Positions 8,172 to 17,123 of a DNA stretch of 29,182 bases are shown here, in pieces; the stretch's first letter is position 1; every line of letters starts with the position of its first letter. Both the position numbers and the translations under genes were made by a program. The notes beneath the pieces were generated by a model that saw nothing but the letters and a program-made list of their open reading frames with translations, was not told the DNA's origin and did not search any database. Source of the stretch: a virus (lineage: Duplodnaviria; Caudoviricetes); IMG/VR virus record IMGVR_UViG_3300048576_000406, positions 1-29,182 of that record. One strand, 5' to 3'.

Positions 8172-8641
8172 TCAACCCGGCGGATCTTGTGGATGGCCTG
8201 GTCGCGCTTCTGCGAGACATCCCGGAACTGGTGGCAGAGATGGGCGGCGATGAGCAGCGCATCTACGCGTACCACGACCAATATCCGAAGCGCGCAAGCC
8301 TCGCGAACGCGATCCACACGGCGCCTTCTCCGTCGATCATGGCGACTTGGCAAGGGACGACGCCGGGCACCTTTGGTGGCGTCGATGTCTGGAAGCATCA
8401 GGTGACCCTGTATCTGCGCGCACGGGAGACCTTCGATGGCGATCCGCCGACGGCGTACTACAGGCTGTTCCGACTGATCACCAAGGGAGTGCCAGCAACT
8501 TTGGGCGTGCCGATGGTGAATGCCACCGTGCACCCATCTTGCTACCCGATGGACCTGCCGCTCGTGCAGCGGCAAACCGATGCCGAGGGCCTCGACTACT
8601 TCGAAGTCCCGCTCACATTCACGGAGATGGGAGATGACTGA
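8168..8641 (+). CDS. Putative tail terminator protein
   Basis: ATGA coupling at 8168; 157 aa; syntenic position before the tail tube gene. Confidence 0.65.
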   Translation: MINPADLVDGLVALLRDIPELVAEMGGDEQRIYAYHDQYPKRASLANAIHTAPSPSIMATWQGTTPGTFGGVDVWKHQVTLYLRARETFDGDPPTAYYRLFRLITKGVPATLGVPMVNATVHPSCYPMDLPLVQRQTDAEGLDYFEVPLTFTEMGDD

Positions 8642-8816
8642 ACGCAACACGGTATGGCTGGTACCCCCGTTCGGGCAGGGTGAGCCGAGGGAAGTGGAGG
8701 CGACGCCCGAAAAACTCGGACCCCTCATGATCGCGGGCTGGAGCCAGTGCCAGCCACCGGAGAAGGAGAACCATGTCGACGACGAGACTCCAAGAAATTC
8801 AGATCTGCTTCGGTAA
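8634..8816 (+). CDS. Small hypothetical phage protein (60 aa)
   Basis: GGAG upstream of ATG 8634; fills the gap between the terminator and tail tube genes, overlapping both. Confidence 0.6.
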   Translation: MTERNTVWLVPPFGQGEPREVEATPEKLGPLMIAGWSQCQPPEKENHVDDETPRNSDLLR

Positions 8817-9816
8817 AGGCAAGCAGACCGACATTGCTACAGCTCAAACTGCCGCGAACATGTGGCAGTTGCGGAAGCTCAACGCCGCGCTGGCCAACCC
8901 GAAGCTCAACACCGAGAACGACGCCGAGGAGTACGGCAAGGGCCACGAGTTCCCGACCCAGACCTTCAAGACGTCCTGGGACGTGAGCGGCACTTTGGAG
9001 AAATACCTCAGTGCCGAGATCGCGGCATGGGCCATGGCGTTCGGGCTGGGCAAGGTGGTGAAGTCCGGCACGACGCCGAATTTCACCTACACGTGCACGC
9101 CGCTGTTCCCGGCGAACGGCGATGCAGCGGAGTTGCCGTATTTCTCCTTCGTCGAGCAGATCCGCCCGGGCGCGGGCGTTGTCCTCGATCGGATGGCGGT
9201 CGGCTGCGCGGTGGAGTCGTGGCAAGTCACCGTCGGCTCCGGTCCTGGCCGCGCCAATTCGAAGATCAACGTCGAGTTCGTCGGCTCCGGCAAGGTCATC
9301 GATTCGGCCACGGGCATCACCATGCCCGTGGCCACAGTAGAGAAACTGCTGCCATCTGCGTCCTTGACGCTGACGATCAACGGCGTCGACTACGTCACCA
9401 ACAAGAACATCGTCTCGCTCGAAACCGGCTGGAAGAACAACCTGCGCATGGACGCGGGCTTCTTCCCCGGATCGGGCTTCCAGGCTGTCGGTGACGGGTC
9501 TTCCGGCGCGATCCGCGGCCGCCTCGAGTTCGGCAATCGCCAGGGCAATCTCAAGTTCGTCGCCCGCTTCGAGAACGGCTCGACAGAGTACACGAAGCTG
9601 AAGGCCCAGACTACGGGCACGGCGGTCATCAGTCTCTCGTTCGACACGAACAACTCCCTGCAGATCACCTGGCAGAAGATCGCCCACGCCACTACGGAGC
9701 TCGCCGAAACGGACGGCATCCTCACGGTGGCCGTGGATTGCACGCCCCTCTACGACTCCACAAACGGCATTATCACCGCCGTGGCCAAGTGCAACGTGGA
9801 TCAAATCTGCCAGTAA
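8773..9816 (+). CDS. Major tail tube protein
   Basis: AAGGAG RBS; 347 aa, Thr/Gly-rich and beta-type; upstream of the chaperone and tape measure genes. Confidence 0.8.
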   Translation: MSTTRLQEIQICFGKGKQTDIATAQTAANMWQLRKLNAALANPKLNTENDAEEYGKGHEFPTQTFKTSWDVSGTLEKYLSAEIAAWAMAFGLGKVVKSGTTPNFTYTCTPLFPANGDAAELPYFSFVEQIRPGAGVVLDRMAVGCAVESWQVTVGSGPGRANSKINVEFVGSGKVIDSATGITMPVATVEKLLPSASLTLTINGVDYVTNKNIVSLETGWKNNLRMDAGFFPGSGFQAVGDGSSGAIRGRLEFGNRQGNLKFVARFENGSTEYTKLKAQTTGTAVISLSFDTNNSLQITWQKIAHATTELAETDGILTVAVDCTPLYDSTNGIITAVAKCNVDQICQ

Positions 9817-9827
9817 GGAACGACTTC

Positions 9828-10445
9828 ATGGAAACGACAATCCCTGTTTTCGACGCGGCCCGCCCGGTCGCCATCAACCTGCGCACCCCGGAAGGCCTCA
9901 AGACCATCCGGGTCCGCTTCCCGAGCGATGCGGAGTGGGCGGAGCGGCAGCGACGCCGGAAGGTGATCATCAAGCAACTCGGCCGCGGAGTCTCCGAGAC
10001 GACTGTCGCCAATGCGGAGGATGGCGATGCGGCGCTGCTGAGCAAGATCCGCGACGGTGAGGAACCGGTAGTCGATCCCTTCGAGGCTAGCCGGATCATC
10101 GACCAGTTGAGCCAGGCGGAAGTCGACGACGTGGTCCAGGCCGGAGATACGTTCCGTGTCTCCATCCGGGTGCTGGGCGGCGTCACCAGCCATATCCTGA
10201 AGATGCCTTCGGCGAAGGACATCTTCGAGTACCGCCGCAGCTTCGCCCGGATCCTCGACCTTCCGTTCAACCGCCAGGAACTCACCATCAACTTGGCCGC
10301 CGCAGGTGCGCTCTATAAGAGGTTGTCGCAGGGCGCGGAAGGCTACGCAGGCGAGGTGCCCGTCATCCACCAGGCCGTCGCGGTGAAGGCGGCGATCGAC
10401 GCGCTCGAGGCGGGCTTCCAGGACGACCGGGACCCAAACTTCTGA
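9828..10445 (+). CDS. Tail assembly chaperone (gpG-like)
   Basis: TAAGGA RBS before ATG 9828; between tail tube and tape measure; ends in a slippery heptamer. Confidence 0.8.
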   Translation: METTIPVFDAARPVAINLRTPEGLKTIRVRFPSDAEWAERQRRRKVIIKQLGRGVSETTVANAEDGDAALLSKIRDGEEPVVDPFEASRIIDQLSQAEVDDVVQAGDTFRVSIRVLGGVTSHILKMPSAKDIFEYRRSFARILDLPFNRQELTINLAAAGALYKRLSQGAEGYAGEVPVIHQAVAVKAAIDALEAGFQDDRDPNF

Positions 10446-10460
10446 CCGGCGGGTGGCCGG
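10433..10460 (+). promoter_or_regulatory. Programmed -1 ribosomal frameshift signal
   Basis: C CCA AAC (X XXY YYZ, 10433-10439) in the correct phase, followed 6 nt later by hairpin CCGGC-GGGTG-GCCGG (10446-10460). Confidence 0.75.
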
Positions 10461-10771
10461 AACAGCCCTCCCTCCGGTATCTGGTCCACTGGGCCCTCCG
10501 GCGCGACGAACTCTGCGATCCGGGGCTGTGCCCGGATGCGCCGGGCGGCGGTCGATGCGACCGCTGCCCTCTGGACCGCCTGGATGCCGCCCAGTCGTCC
10601 GAAGCCGGCTTGCTCATCCGCCGCGCCATCGACCTCCGGGCTGCCCTGAAGCTTGGTGTCCGGATCGGCCTTGACGACATCCGGGCTGACGAGTTCCTCG
10701 CCATGCTCGTCCTCGAAGAAGAACGCGACCGTTTAGACCGCGAACAGTTGAACAACCGTGGCCGACAGTAA
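10433..10771 (+). CDS. -1 frameshift extension of the tail chaperone (gpT-like part of gpGT), Cys-rich
   Basis: Start-less open frame PKLLTGGWPEQPSLRYLVHWALRRDELCDPGLCPDAPGGGRCDRCPLD...EEERDRLDREQLNNRGRQ* running from the slip site to TAA 10769-10771; missing from the ORF track. Confidence 0.8.
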   Translation, partial: PKLLTGGWPEQPSLRYLVHWALRRDELCDPGLCPDAPGGGRCDRCPLDRLDAAQSSEAGLLIRRAIDLRAALKLGVRIGLDDIRADEFLAMLVLEEERDRLDREQLNNRGRQ

Positions 10772-13700
10772 ACTCGAACTCGTTGTCGAAGTCGACGTCA
10801 ACAAGGCCAATGCGTCCATCAAGACCGTCAACTCCGGCCTGTCGAGCATCGAGCAGACGGCAGCGAAGGCCGCCCGTGGCGCGTCATCCAGCATCGACGG
10901 CATGACGGCCGCCATGGTCAAGGGCGCAACTGCGGGCAGTCTCCTCGCCGATGCCATCAAAAGCGCGGTCGCCTGGGCCAAGGAGTTCACGGTGGGCTCC
11001 GTCATGATGGCTGCCGAGAACGCCAAGGCAGAAGCGTCGCTGAAAGCGCTGGCAACCGCGCACGGAGTCGGTGCGGCGGCTGCCACGAGGCAGGTGGCGG
11101 CGATTGAAGAGATCGGCTTCGAGTTTACCGAGGCGGCTCATGCCGTGCAGCGCCTCATCGTCGCCGACATGGACCTGGCCAAGGCCGAGGGTCTGGCGAG
11201 ACTCGCGAAGAACGCAGCCGCGGTCCAGAACGTGTCCGGCGGCGAAGCGATGGATGCGATTGTCCTTTCCATCGAGTCCGGCGCGTCGCGCGGGCTCCGC
11301 ACGCTGGGGCTGTTCGTCGACTTCCAGAAAGAAGTCCTGATCCAGGAGCTCAAACTCGGCCGCGCGCTGACCGATGCCGAGGAGAAACAGGTTCGGTACA
11401 ACGCGGTGATGCGAGAGGGGGCGAAGATCCAGGGCGCCCATGCCGCCGCCTCTCAGACGGTGGAAGGGCAACTCGGAGCACTGCGCCGCGAGTTCAACAA
11501 CCTGCGGGAGGACATCGGAGCCAAGTTCCAGGATGATCTCCGGGCACTGATCGGGAACCTACGGGGCCTGGTGGGATGGCTGAAGGAGAACACCGACCTT
11601 CTCACCAAGTTCGGCGAGACCGCGTTGTGGGTCGCCGGTGTGCTCGCCACTTATGGCCTTGCTACCAAGATCATGGAACTGGCCAAGGCGATCGCGGCCC
11701 TCAACCTGGCCAGCCTCAACCCGTATGCGCTGCTCGCAGGCGGCGTGGTTGCGGCGGGCGCCATCGTCTACTCGGAGTGGAAGAACACCCAGGAGCAACT
11801 CAAGGCCCGCTACGACGAGATGGAGCGGCAAGCCCTCCGCGATGACCTCTTCAAGGGGAAGGTCAAAGTGGATGACCTGCGAAAGAAGGGCATGACCGAT
11901 GACCAGATCCGGGAGTTGATCTCCGGCAAGAAGCTGCTGCCCGGAGAGACCTTCGAGTTCGGTGGACCGAAGATCACCGTCAAAAGCTCGAACGAGCCGG
12001 ACCTCGAAGCCCTGAAGCGGGCGCAGGAGATCCGAAAACGGCAGGCGCAGGCAGAGCGCGACTCCATGGAAGCAGCGCTGGCAGCTGAGGCTCATGGTGT
12101 CACGGGGCCGGCGAAGATCCTGCTCGAAATGCGGAAGGAGATCTCGAAGTACACCTCCTTCGTCGATGACCGGGGCGCCACACATCAAATGCGTCTCACC
12201 GCAAAGACGCGCGAGAACCTTGAGCGGGAACTCCGCGCCAAGATTCGGCAGATGCAGAAGGAGGATATGGCCGACTACCTCAAGGAGCAGCAGGAGTCGT
12301 CCCAGCAGCGCCTCGCCTGGGAGTCGGACCTTTACCAGAAGCGCCTGGCCAACAACGAGGAGATCGCGCGGCGGAACCTCGATCATCTCGCCGACGTGTA
12401 CAGGTTTGAAGAGCAGCGCGCGGGCTACGGGCGCGATGCCCAATTGCGGTCCGTCGAGGCGCTGGACGCGCAGACGCTCCGGCAGAAGCTCTGGGTCGAG
12501 CAGCGCAAGATGGAGATCGAGGTCGCATACCTCCAGCGCGTAAACGACATCAAGCTGCGGCTGTTCGACCTCGAAACCACGCGTACGCTGATCGAGGAAG
12601 AGGCGAATCTGAAGCGGCTCGGCTACAAGGCGGATGAGGTTCGTGCCCGCATCGCCGAGGTGAGTCAGCAGCGCCAGGATCTGCGCGGCCAGCAACAGGA
12701 GTCCACGGACGCGGCGATTCAAGCGGCGCGGGAAAGCGCGGCGATCCGGCAGGGCCAACTCATCCGCGATGAGAACCGGCGCATCTTCGATTCCTTCAAG
12801 CGCCAGGCCGAGGGCGTTTTCGACGCTCTGCTCACGAAGTCGCAGTCCATCTGGTCCGCGATCGGCAACTCGCTCAAGACTGCTCTGCTGACGGCCATCA
12901 AGGATGTGGTGTCCTCGCGCGCGGCGGCGATGCTCATGCAGATGTTCACCGGGCAGAAGGTGACGTTCCAGCAGGGCGGGATGGGTGGTGGCGGAGTGCT
13001 CGGGAAACTGGGCGGGATCCTCGGCGTTGGTGCCGTGCCGGTATTCGCTGGCGGCGCGCCGGGCGGGACACCGTCGATCATTCCGTCGGTGTTCGGATCC
13101 CCCACTGGTGCCACCCCTCCCTTCGTTCCCTCGGCGGGTGGGGCGGCCGGAACGGGCGGCATCTTCTCGAAGGCGGGGTGGGCCGGGTTCCTGCCCGGTT
13201 TGAAATCGTTCTTCGGGATCGGTGGCAGCGTCCAGTTGGCGCCCGGCGTCGCCACCACCTGGGAGGCAGCCACGCTGGGCCAAAAGCTGTCGTCCATCGG
13301 CAAATCGAACGCCGCGCTGATGGCGGGCGCGATGCTCGCCTTCGACGGCCTTCGCCGCGGCGGATTCACGGGGATGGCCGAGACCACAGCGGGCGGCGCG
13401 ATGATCGGTTTCAAGTTCGGTGGACCTCTGGGAGCGGCAATCGGCGCGGCTGCGGGACTGGTCGCCGGTATCGTACGCCTCTTTATCAAAGGCGCCGAGG
13501 AGAAGGCCAAAGCGAAGATCAAGGCGCTGTATGGCGTCGACATCTCCGACAAGGGCGTGCTGAAGCAGATCGTCGACACCGCGAAATCGACCTTCGGCGG
13601 CAACCTCGACCTGGCCATCCGCTCGCCACAGATCCGCGACCTGATCCAGTTGTATGCGATGACCACCGGTCAGAAACCCACGGGCATGCCGGGGACCATG

Positions 13701-14015
13701 ACGCCACTGTCAATGGTGGAGACGGGCGGATCGCTATTCCAGTCGCCGTCGTACAGCAACGGCAGCCCGCTGCCGGGACTGAGCGGTCTGCCTTCGCTCG
13801 ACAAGATCGGCGGCGGCACGCCCTCGGCCGCGGGTCCCACGGTCATCAACATCACCGTGCCGGGGGCGAAGGAGTTCTTCGAGAAGGAAACCGTGCGCGT
13901 GGTGGTGGAGAATCCGCGCGCGGTCCAGTCTGCGGCGATGACGGCAACCAAAGCCAATGCCGGGAGGCGTGAGATGACGGGGCTGCAACTCAGTCCGGGA
14001 TTGATCGTGTCATGA
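10758..14015 (+). CDS. Tail tape measure protein (1085 aa)
   Basis: Long Ala-rich helical/coiled-coil protein with hydrophobic segments and a Gly-rich C-terminus; follows the frameshifted chaperones. Confidence 0.92.
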   Translation: MADSKLELVVEVDVNKANASIKTVNSGLSSIEQTAAKAARGASSSIDGMTAAMVKGATAGSLLADAIKSAVAWAKEFTVGSVMMAAENAKAEASLKALATAHGVGAAAATRQVAAIEEIGFEFTEAAHAVQRLIVADMDLAKAEGLARLAKNAAAVQNVSGGEAMDAIVLSIESGASRGLRTLGLFVDFQKEVLIQELKLGRALTDAEEKQVRYNAVMREGAKIQGAHAAASQTVEGQLGALRREFNNLREDIGAKFQDDLRALIGNLRGLVGWLKENTDLLTKFGETALWVAGVLATYGLATKIMELAKAIAALNLASLNPYALLAGGVVAAGAIVYSEWKNTQEQLKARYDEMERQALRDDLFKGKVKVDDLRKKGMTDDQIRELISGKKLLPGETFEFGGPKITVKSSNEPDLEALKRAQEIRKRQAQAERDSMEAALAAEAHGVTGPAKILLEMRKEISKYTSFVDDRGATHQMRLTAKTRENLERELRAKIRQMQKEDMADYLKEQQESSQQRLAWESDLYQKRLANNEEIARRNLDHLADVYRFEEQRAGYGRDAQLRSVEALDAQTLRQKLWVEQRKMEIEVAYLQRVNDIKLRLFDLETTRTLIEEEANLKRLGYKADEVRARIAEVSQQRQDLRGQQQESTDAAIQAARESAAIRQGQLIRDENRRIFDSFKRQAEGVFDALLTKSQSIWSAIGNSLKTALLTAIKDVVSSRAAAMLMQMFTGQKVTFQQGGMGGGGVLGKLGGILGVGAVPVFAGGAPGGTPSIIPSVFGSPTGATPPFVPSAGGAAGTGGIFSKAGWAGFLPGLKSFFGIGGSVQLAPGVATTWEAATLGQKLSSIGKSNAALMAGAMLAFDGLRRGGFTGMAETTAGGAMIGFKFGGPLGAAIGAAAGLVAGIVRLFIKGAEEKAKAKIKALYGVDISDKGVLKQIVDTAKSTFGGNLDLAIRSPQIRDLIQLYAMTTGQKPTGMPGTMTPLSMVETGGSLFQSPSYSNGSPLPGLSGLPSLDKIGGGTPSAAGPTVINITVPGAKEFFEKETVRVVVENPRAVQSAAMTATKANAGRREMTGLQLSPGLIVS

Positions 14016-14482
14016 CCCGCCAGGAACTGCTCGACAGACTCGCACGGGCGATTGCCGAGAACGAAGGCTTCTTCGTTACGGAAGCCCAAGCGAAGGCGCG
14101 CAAGATCCGGTTCCCCACGCGTGCCCAGATCAACGCCAATCCGGGGAACCTCCGCGCCTGGCGGGATGCAAAACGGCGGCCCTACCCTACGAGTGGCGGC
14201 TACGTGGACTTCGTCGCCTGGGCTTCAGAGCGTTTCCCTAGGGCTTCGCGCGAGGAGATGAGCCGCCGCGCGCTGGAGGAAGGCTGGCGGATTCTGCGCG
14301 TTCTCGTCGGCCAGTACATCGACGGGCGATACACCGCCGGCAAGCCGCCGACGGTGGAAGAGATGTTTCGTACCTACGCGCCGGCTTCCGACGGGAACGA
14401 TCCTGCGGGCTACGCACTTTTCGTGGCCAGAAAGATCGGCGTGCGGCCGGACCAGCGGCTGGTTGACCTGGTAACCGCGTGA
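14012..14482 (+). CDS. Putative lysozyme-fold virion protein / muramidase
   Basis: AIAENEG...NANPGNL...YAPASDGNDPAGYA resembles the NNPGN / YAP..END..Y pattern of phage lysozyme-like proteins; ATGA-coupled to the tape measure gene. Confidence 0.6.
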   Translation: MTRQELLDRLARAIAENEGFFVTEAQAKARKIRFPTRAQINANPGNLRAWRDAKRRPYPTSGGYVDFVAWASERFPRASREEMSRRALEEGWRILRVLVGQYIDGRYTAGKPPTVEEMFRTYAPASDGNDPAGYALFVARKIGVRPDQRLVDLVTA

Positions 14483-14883
14483 TGCCCGGCTCCGTTCAGA
14501 ATGCCGCGCCGCTGACGGTGATGCCGGCGAGCCTCTCGCGCTCCTTCGCACACGAGCGGACGTACCCCGTTGTCGAAAGCGAATACCGCAACGGTGAATC
14601 GCAACGGTCGGTCCAGGCCACAAACAGCCGCAAGCACTGGCGGCTGGCAAAGCGGCTCACGCCGGCCCAACTCGCGTCGCTCCGTGACTTCTACGACGCC
14701 CGCAAGGGCCCGACCGAGCCGTTCTACTTATACGACCCGTATGAAACGAGCCCCAAGTTCTCGTCCGACCCAACCGGCCAGGCGGTCGCAGGGCGCTACA
14801 CCGTTCGCTTCGCCGGCGAGTGGAATCAGTCGGTTGACCTCGGCCGCGCGGACGTCGACGTCGAACTGATCGAGCTGGCCTGA
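14482..14883 (+). CDS. Distal tail protein (gpM/DUF2460-like)
   Basis: EY.NGESQR, LRDFYDARKGPTEPFYLYDP and YTVRF motifs; TGATG coupling (GTG 14479 alternative). Confidence 0.78.
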   Translation: MPGSVQNAAPLTVMPASLSRSFAHERTYPVVESEYRNGESQRSVQATNSRKHWRLAKRLTPAQLASLRDFYDARKGPTEPFYLYDPYETSPKFSSDPTGQAVAGRYTVRFAGEWNQSVDLGRADVDVELIELA

Positions 14884-14899
14884 CCTCGGGGAGACCACG

Positions 14900-15283
14900 A
14901 TGGCATTTTCTGCATACCTCGACCAGAAGATTCTCGAAAAGGCGTTCCTCGGGCAGGACTTCCAGGTCGCCGAGCACTGGTGCAGCCTGCACACCGCCGA
15001 CCCGGGCAAGACCGGGCAGAGCGAGGCATCAGGAGGCCCCTACGCGCGGCTGTCTCTCGCGCAGTTCACGGCTGTCGACAGCGACGGTGCTGCAAAGCGG
15101 GTCCGCAACGCACCGGCGCTTTTCTTCCAGGTTCCCGCTGGGACGTACACCCACATCGGCATGTGGGATGCCACCGCTGGCGGAAACTTCCTCGGCGGAG
15201 GCGCGCTGTCGTCACCAGCCACCGTCAACGATGGCGACTTTGTCATTGTTCGCGAGAACGATCTTTCGATCCTCCAGGATTAG
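14900..15283 (+). CDS. Phage virion structural protein (fibre-associated)
   Basis: GGGGAG RBS; FSAYL..KIL, LHTADPG.TG..EASGG.YAR and THIG.WDA..GGNFL pattern common in phage tail-region proteins. Confidence 0.75.
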   Translation: MAFSAYLDQKILEKAFLGQDFQVAEHWCSLHTADPGKTGQSEASGGPYARLSLAQFTAVDSDGAAKRVRNAPALFFQVPAGTYTHIGMWDATAGGNFLGGGALSSPATVNDGDFVIVRENDLSILQD

Positions 15284-15292
15284 GAGCCGCAC

Positions 15293-15769
15293 GTGTCCAC
15301 GATCCGCACCCAGTTTGGTCCCGTCACCAACTTCGGCATCACCCTGAACGGCCTCGCCACGTCCGCCGCGCGCAGTTCCGCAAAGGTCGACAACCAGAAC
15401 AGCCGCTACATTGATGCGATCTGCCAGTTCAAGATCAAGCCGGCGTCGGGCTCTGCTGGCGACCGTTATGCCGTGTACTTCTTCGCCTGGGGCGCGGCGG
15501 ATGACGCGTCTCCGATCTTCCCGGCTGGCGTGACCGGCGTCGACGAGTCCGTGTCGGTGACGCTCGAAACGCTCTCCATTCGTCAAATCGGTTCGCTCTA
15601 CGTGGCGGGTGCCGGCACGCTGATCAGTCCGCCGTTTTCCGTCGCGCCGGCGTTCGGCAACGTGCTGCCGCCGGTTTGGGGCGTGCTGGTCATCAACCGT
15701 TGCGGGATGGCCCTCGACGTCTCCGACAATCTCGGCTTCTGGCGCGGTGTGGAGTTCGAGGTCGCCTGA
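15293..15769 (+). CDS. Hypothetical virion protein (158 aa, beta-rich)
   Basis: TAGGAG RBS and GTG start; coupled to the next gene by TGATG. Confidence 0.72.
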   Translation: MSTIRTQFGPVTNFGITLNGLATSAARSSAKVDNQNSRYIDAICQFKIKPASGSAGDRYAVYFFAWGAADDASPIFPAGVTGVDESVSVTLETLSIRQIGSLYVAGAGTLISPPFSVAPAFGNVLPPVWGVLVINRCGMALDVSDNLGFWRGVEFEVA

Positions 15770-16860
15770 TGCGTCATCTCCTGCTGAACGCCGAGCCCCA
15801 GACGTACTTCCCCAGCGACCGCTACGAGGCGATTCCCGATTTCGCATCACCACTTGCGGCAGGTCTGCATTCGCTCTGGCTGCCGAGCGGACTCGATCCT
15901 CGAAGTTCCGCGAATGCGTTCCACCTGAACGGCAAGCGCGACATTACAGGCGGCGAGTTTTCTGTCGGATACTTCCGCCGCCGCTTCCAGACGGGCTCCG
16001 CGCTTTCCGGTTTGACGGTTGCGCCAGGATCCGGCGGCAACGTTGGGACTCCGTTCGGCCATGCGTTCGCCTACAGCAATGAGCAGGCCGGCTTGTCAGT
16101 CGGAGGACTGGGCTACTGCCCGGTCTACAGCGGTGACGGGACCGGCAAGGTCCTCTCGATGTGCGTGTGGTTCCGGATTAATCGCGTCAGCGGCTCCGGG
16201 TACCCCACCATGATTGGCAACAGCTTCTCGACCACCTGGTGGTTGGGAGTTCGCACTTCGACCGGCGCGTACAAGGCCATCTTCCGCAACAATTCGGCGC
16301 CGTACGGATCGTTCGAGTGGGGCACCTACGGCGCGGATCTCCGAAAGGTCACATGTGTGGCGTTCACTCTGCCGTTCGACGCCAACAAAACGGCGAGTGT
16401 CTACCACAACGGCGTGTTGGCTGTTCAGGGAACGATTCCGAACGCGAGCGGTGTTGCCGGCAATGTCGATATCTACGCCCTCTCCTCGGCCACACCTGGC
16501 ATGTTTGTCGAGATCTTCGGCTTTGCCTGTTGGACGAGGGCGCTGTACCCGGAAGAGGCCCGTGAGCTCGCGACCGGACCCTGGATGCTCCTCGCCAAGC
16601 GGCATCGCTTCTGGTACGCGCCACTCATGGCGTATCGATCTGCGGCGGTCGCCGGAGGCTCGACTCTCGCAGCAGTGAACTTCCGCGGCACACCGCGGAG
16701 CGCCGTGATCGCGGGAACGGCGCGCATGGTGGCGTACCGCAGGCCGCCTGCCGCGCCGGAGCGCACCGTGTCGATCAGACCAGAGGGCCGTTCCATTTCT
16801 CCAGCAGCGGAATCGCGGTCCTTCTTTGTGCCGCACGAGAACCGGGGCATGGAAGCATGA
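15769..16860 (+). CDS. Putative lectin (LamG/concanavalin A-like) fibre or receptor-binding protein
   Basis: ATG 15769; SMCVWFR, SVYHNGV and WTRALYPEE resemble LamG-like motifs; C-terminal 9-residue E.R repeats. Confidence 0.65.
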   Translation: MRHLLLNAEPQTYFPSDRYEAIPDFASPLAAGLHSLWLPSGLDPRSSANAFHLNGKRDITGGEFSVGYFRRRFQTGSALSGLTVAPGSGGNVGTPFGHAFAYSNEQAGLSVGGLGYCPVYSGDGTGKVLSMCVWFRINRVSGSGYPTMIGNSFSTTWWLGVRTSTGAYKAIFRNNSAPYGSFEWGTYGADLRKVTCVAFTLPFDANKTASVYHNGVLAVQGTIPNASGVAGNVDIYALSSATPGMFVEIFGFACWTRALYPEEARELATGPWMLLAKRHRFWYAPLMAYRSAAVAGGSTLAAVNFRGTPRSAVIAGTARMVAYRRPPAAPERTVSIRPEGRSISPAAESRSFFVPHENRGMEA

Positions 16861-17120
16861 CCTTCACGAAGGATCCGAACGCGGTCCTCGACTACAGCAT
16901 CGACTGGACCCGCTGGCTTGCAGGGGACCAGATCGCGGCGAGCGAGTGGATCGTCGAATCCGGGCTCACCAAGATGGCCGACTCGAAGACCTCCACTTCG
17001 GCCACGGTCTGGCTCTCGGGTGGCACGGCGGGCCAGTCGTATATCGTCACCAACCGCATCACGACGGCGGCCGGACGGACCGAGGACCGCTCGTTCACCA
17101 TCCGGGTCGAGGAGCGTTGA
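16857..17120 (+). CDS. Small fibre-tail adaptor-like phage protein
   Basis: KDPNAVLDYSIDW..WL..D.I..S.W and VWLSGGT.G..Y.VTNRITT..GRT.DRS, a recognisable phage family pattern; ATGA coupling. Confidence 0.8.
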   Translation: MTFTKDPNAVLDYSIDWTRWLAGDQIAASEWIVESGLTKMADSKTSTSATVWLSGGTAGQSYIVTNRITTAAGRTEDRSFTIRVEER

Positions 17121-17123
17121 AGG

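Noticed and set aside
11559-13283. Long minus-strand ORFs opposite structural genes (also 8725-9804, 16473-17861, 18951-20507, 20952-22100, 23679-24944)
   Set aside because: Shadow ORFs caused by strong GC3 bias of the + strand genes; low-information sequences without motifs.
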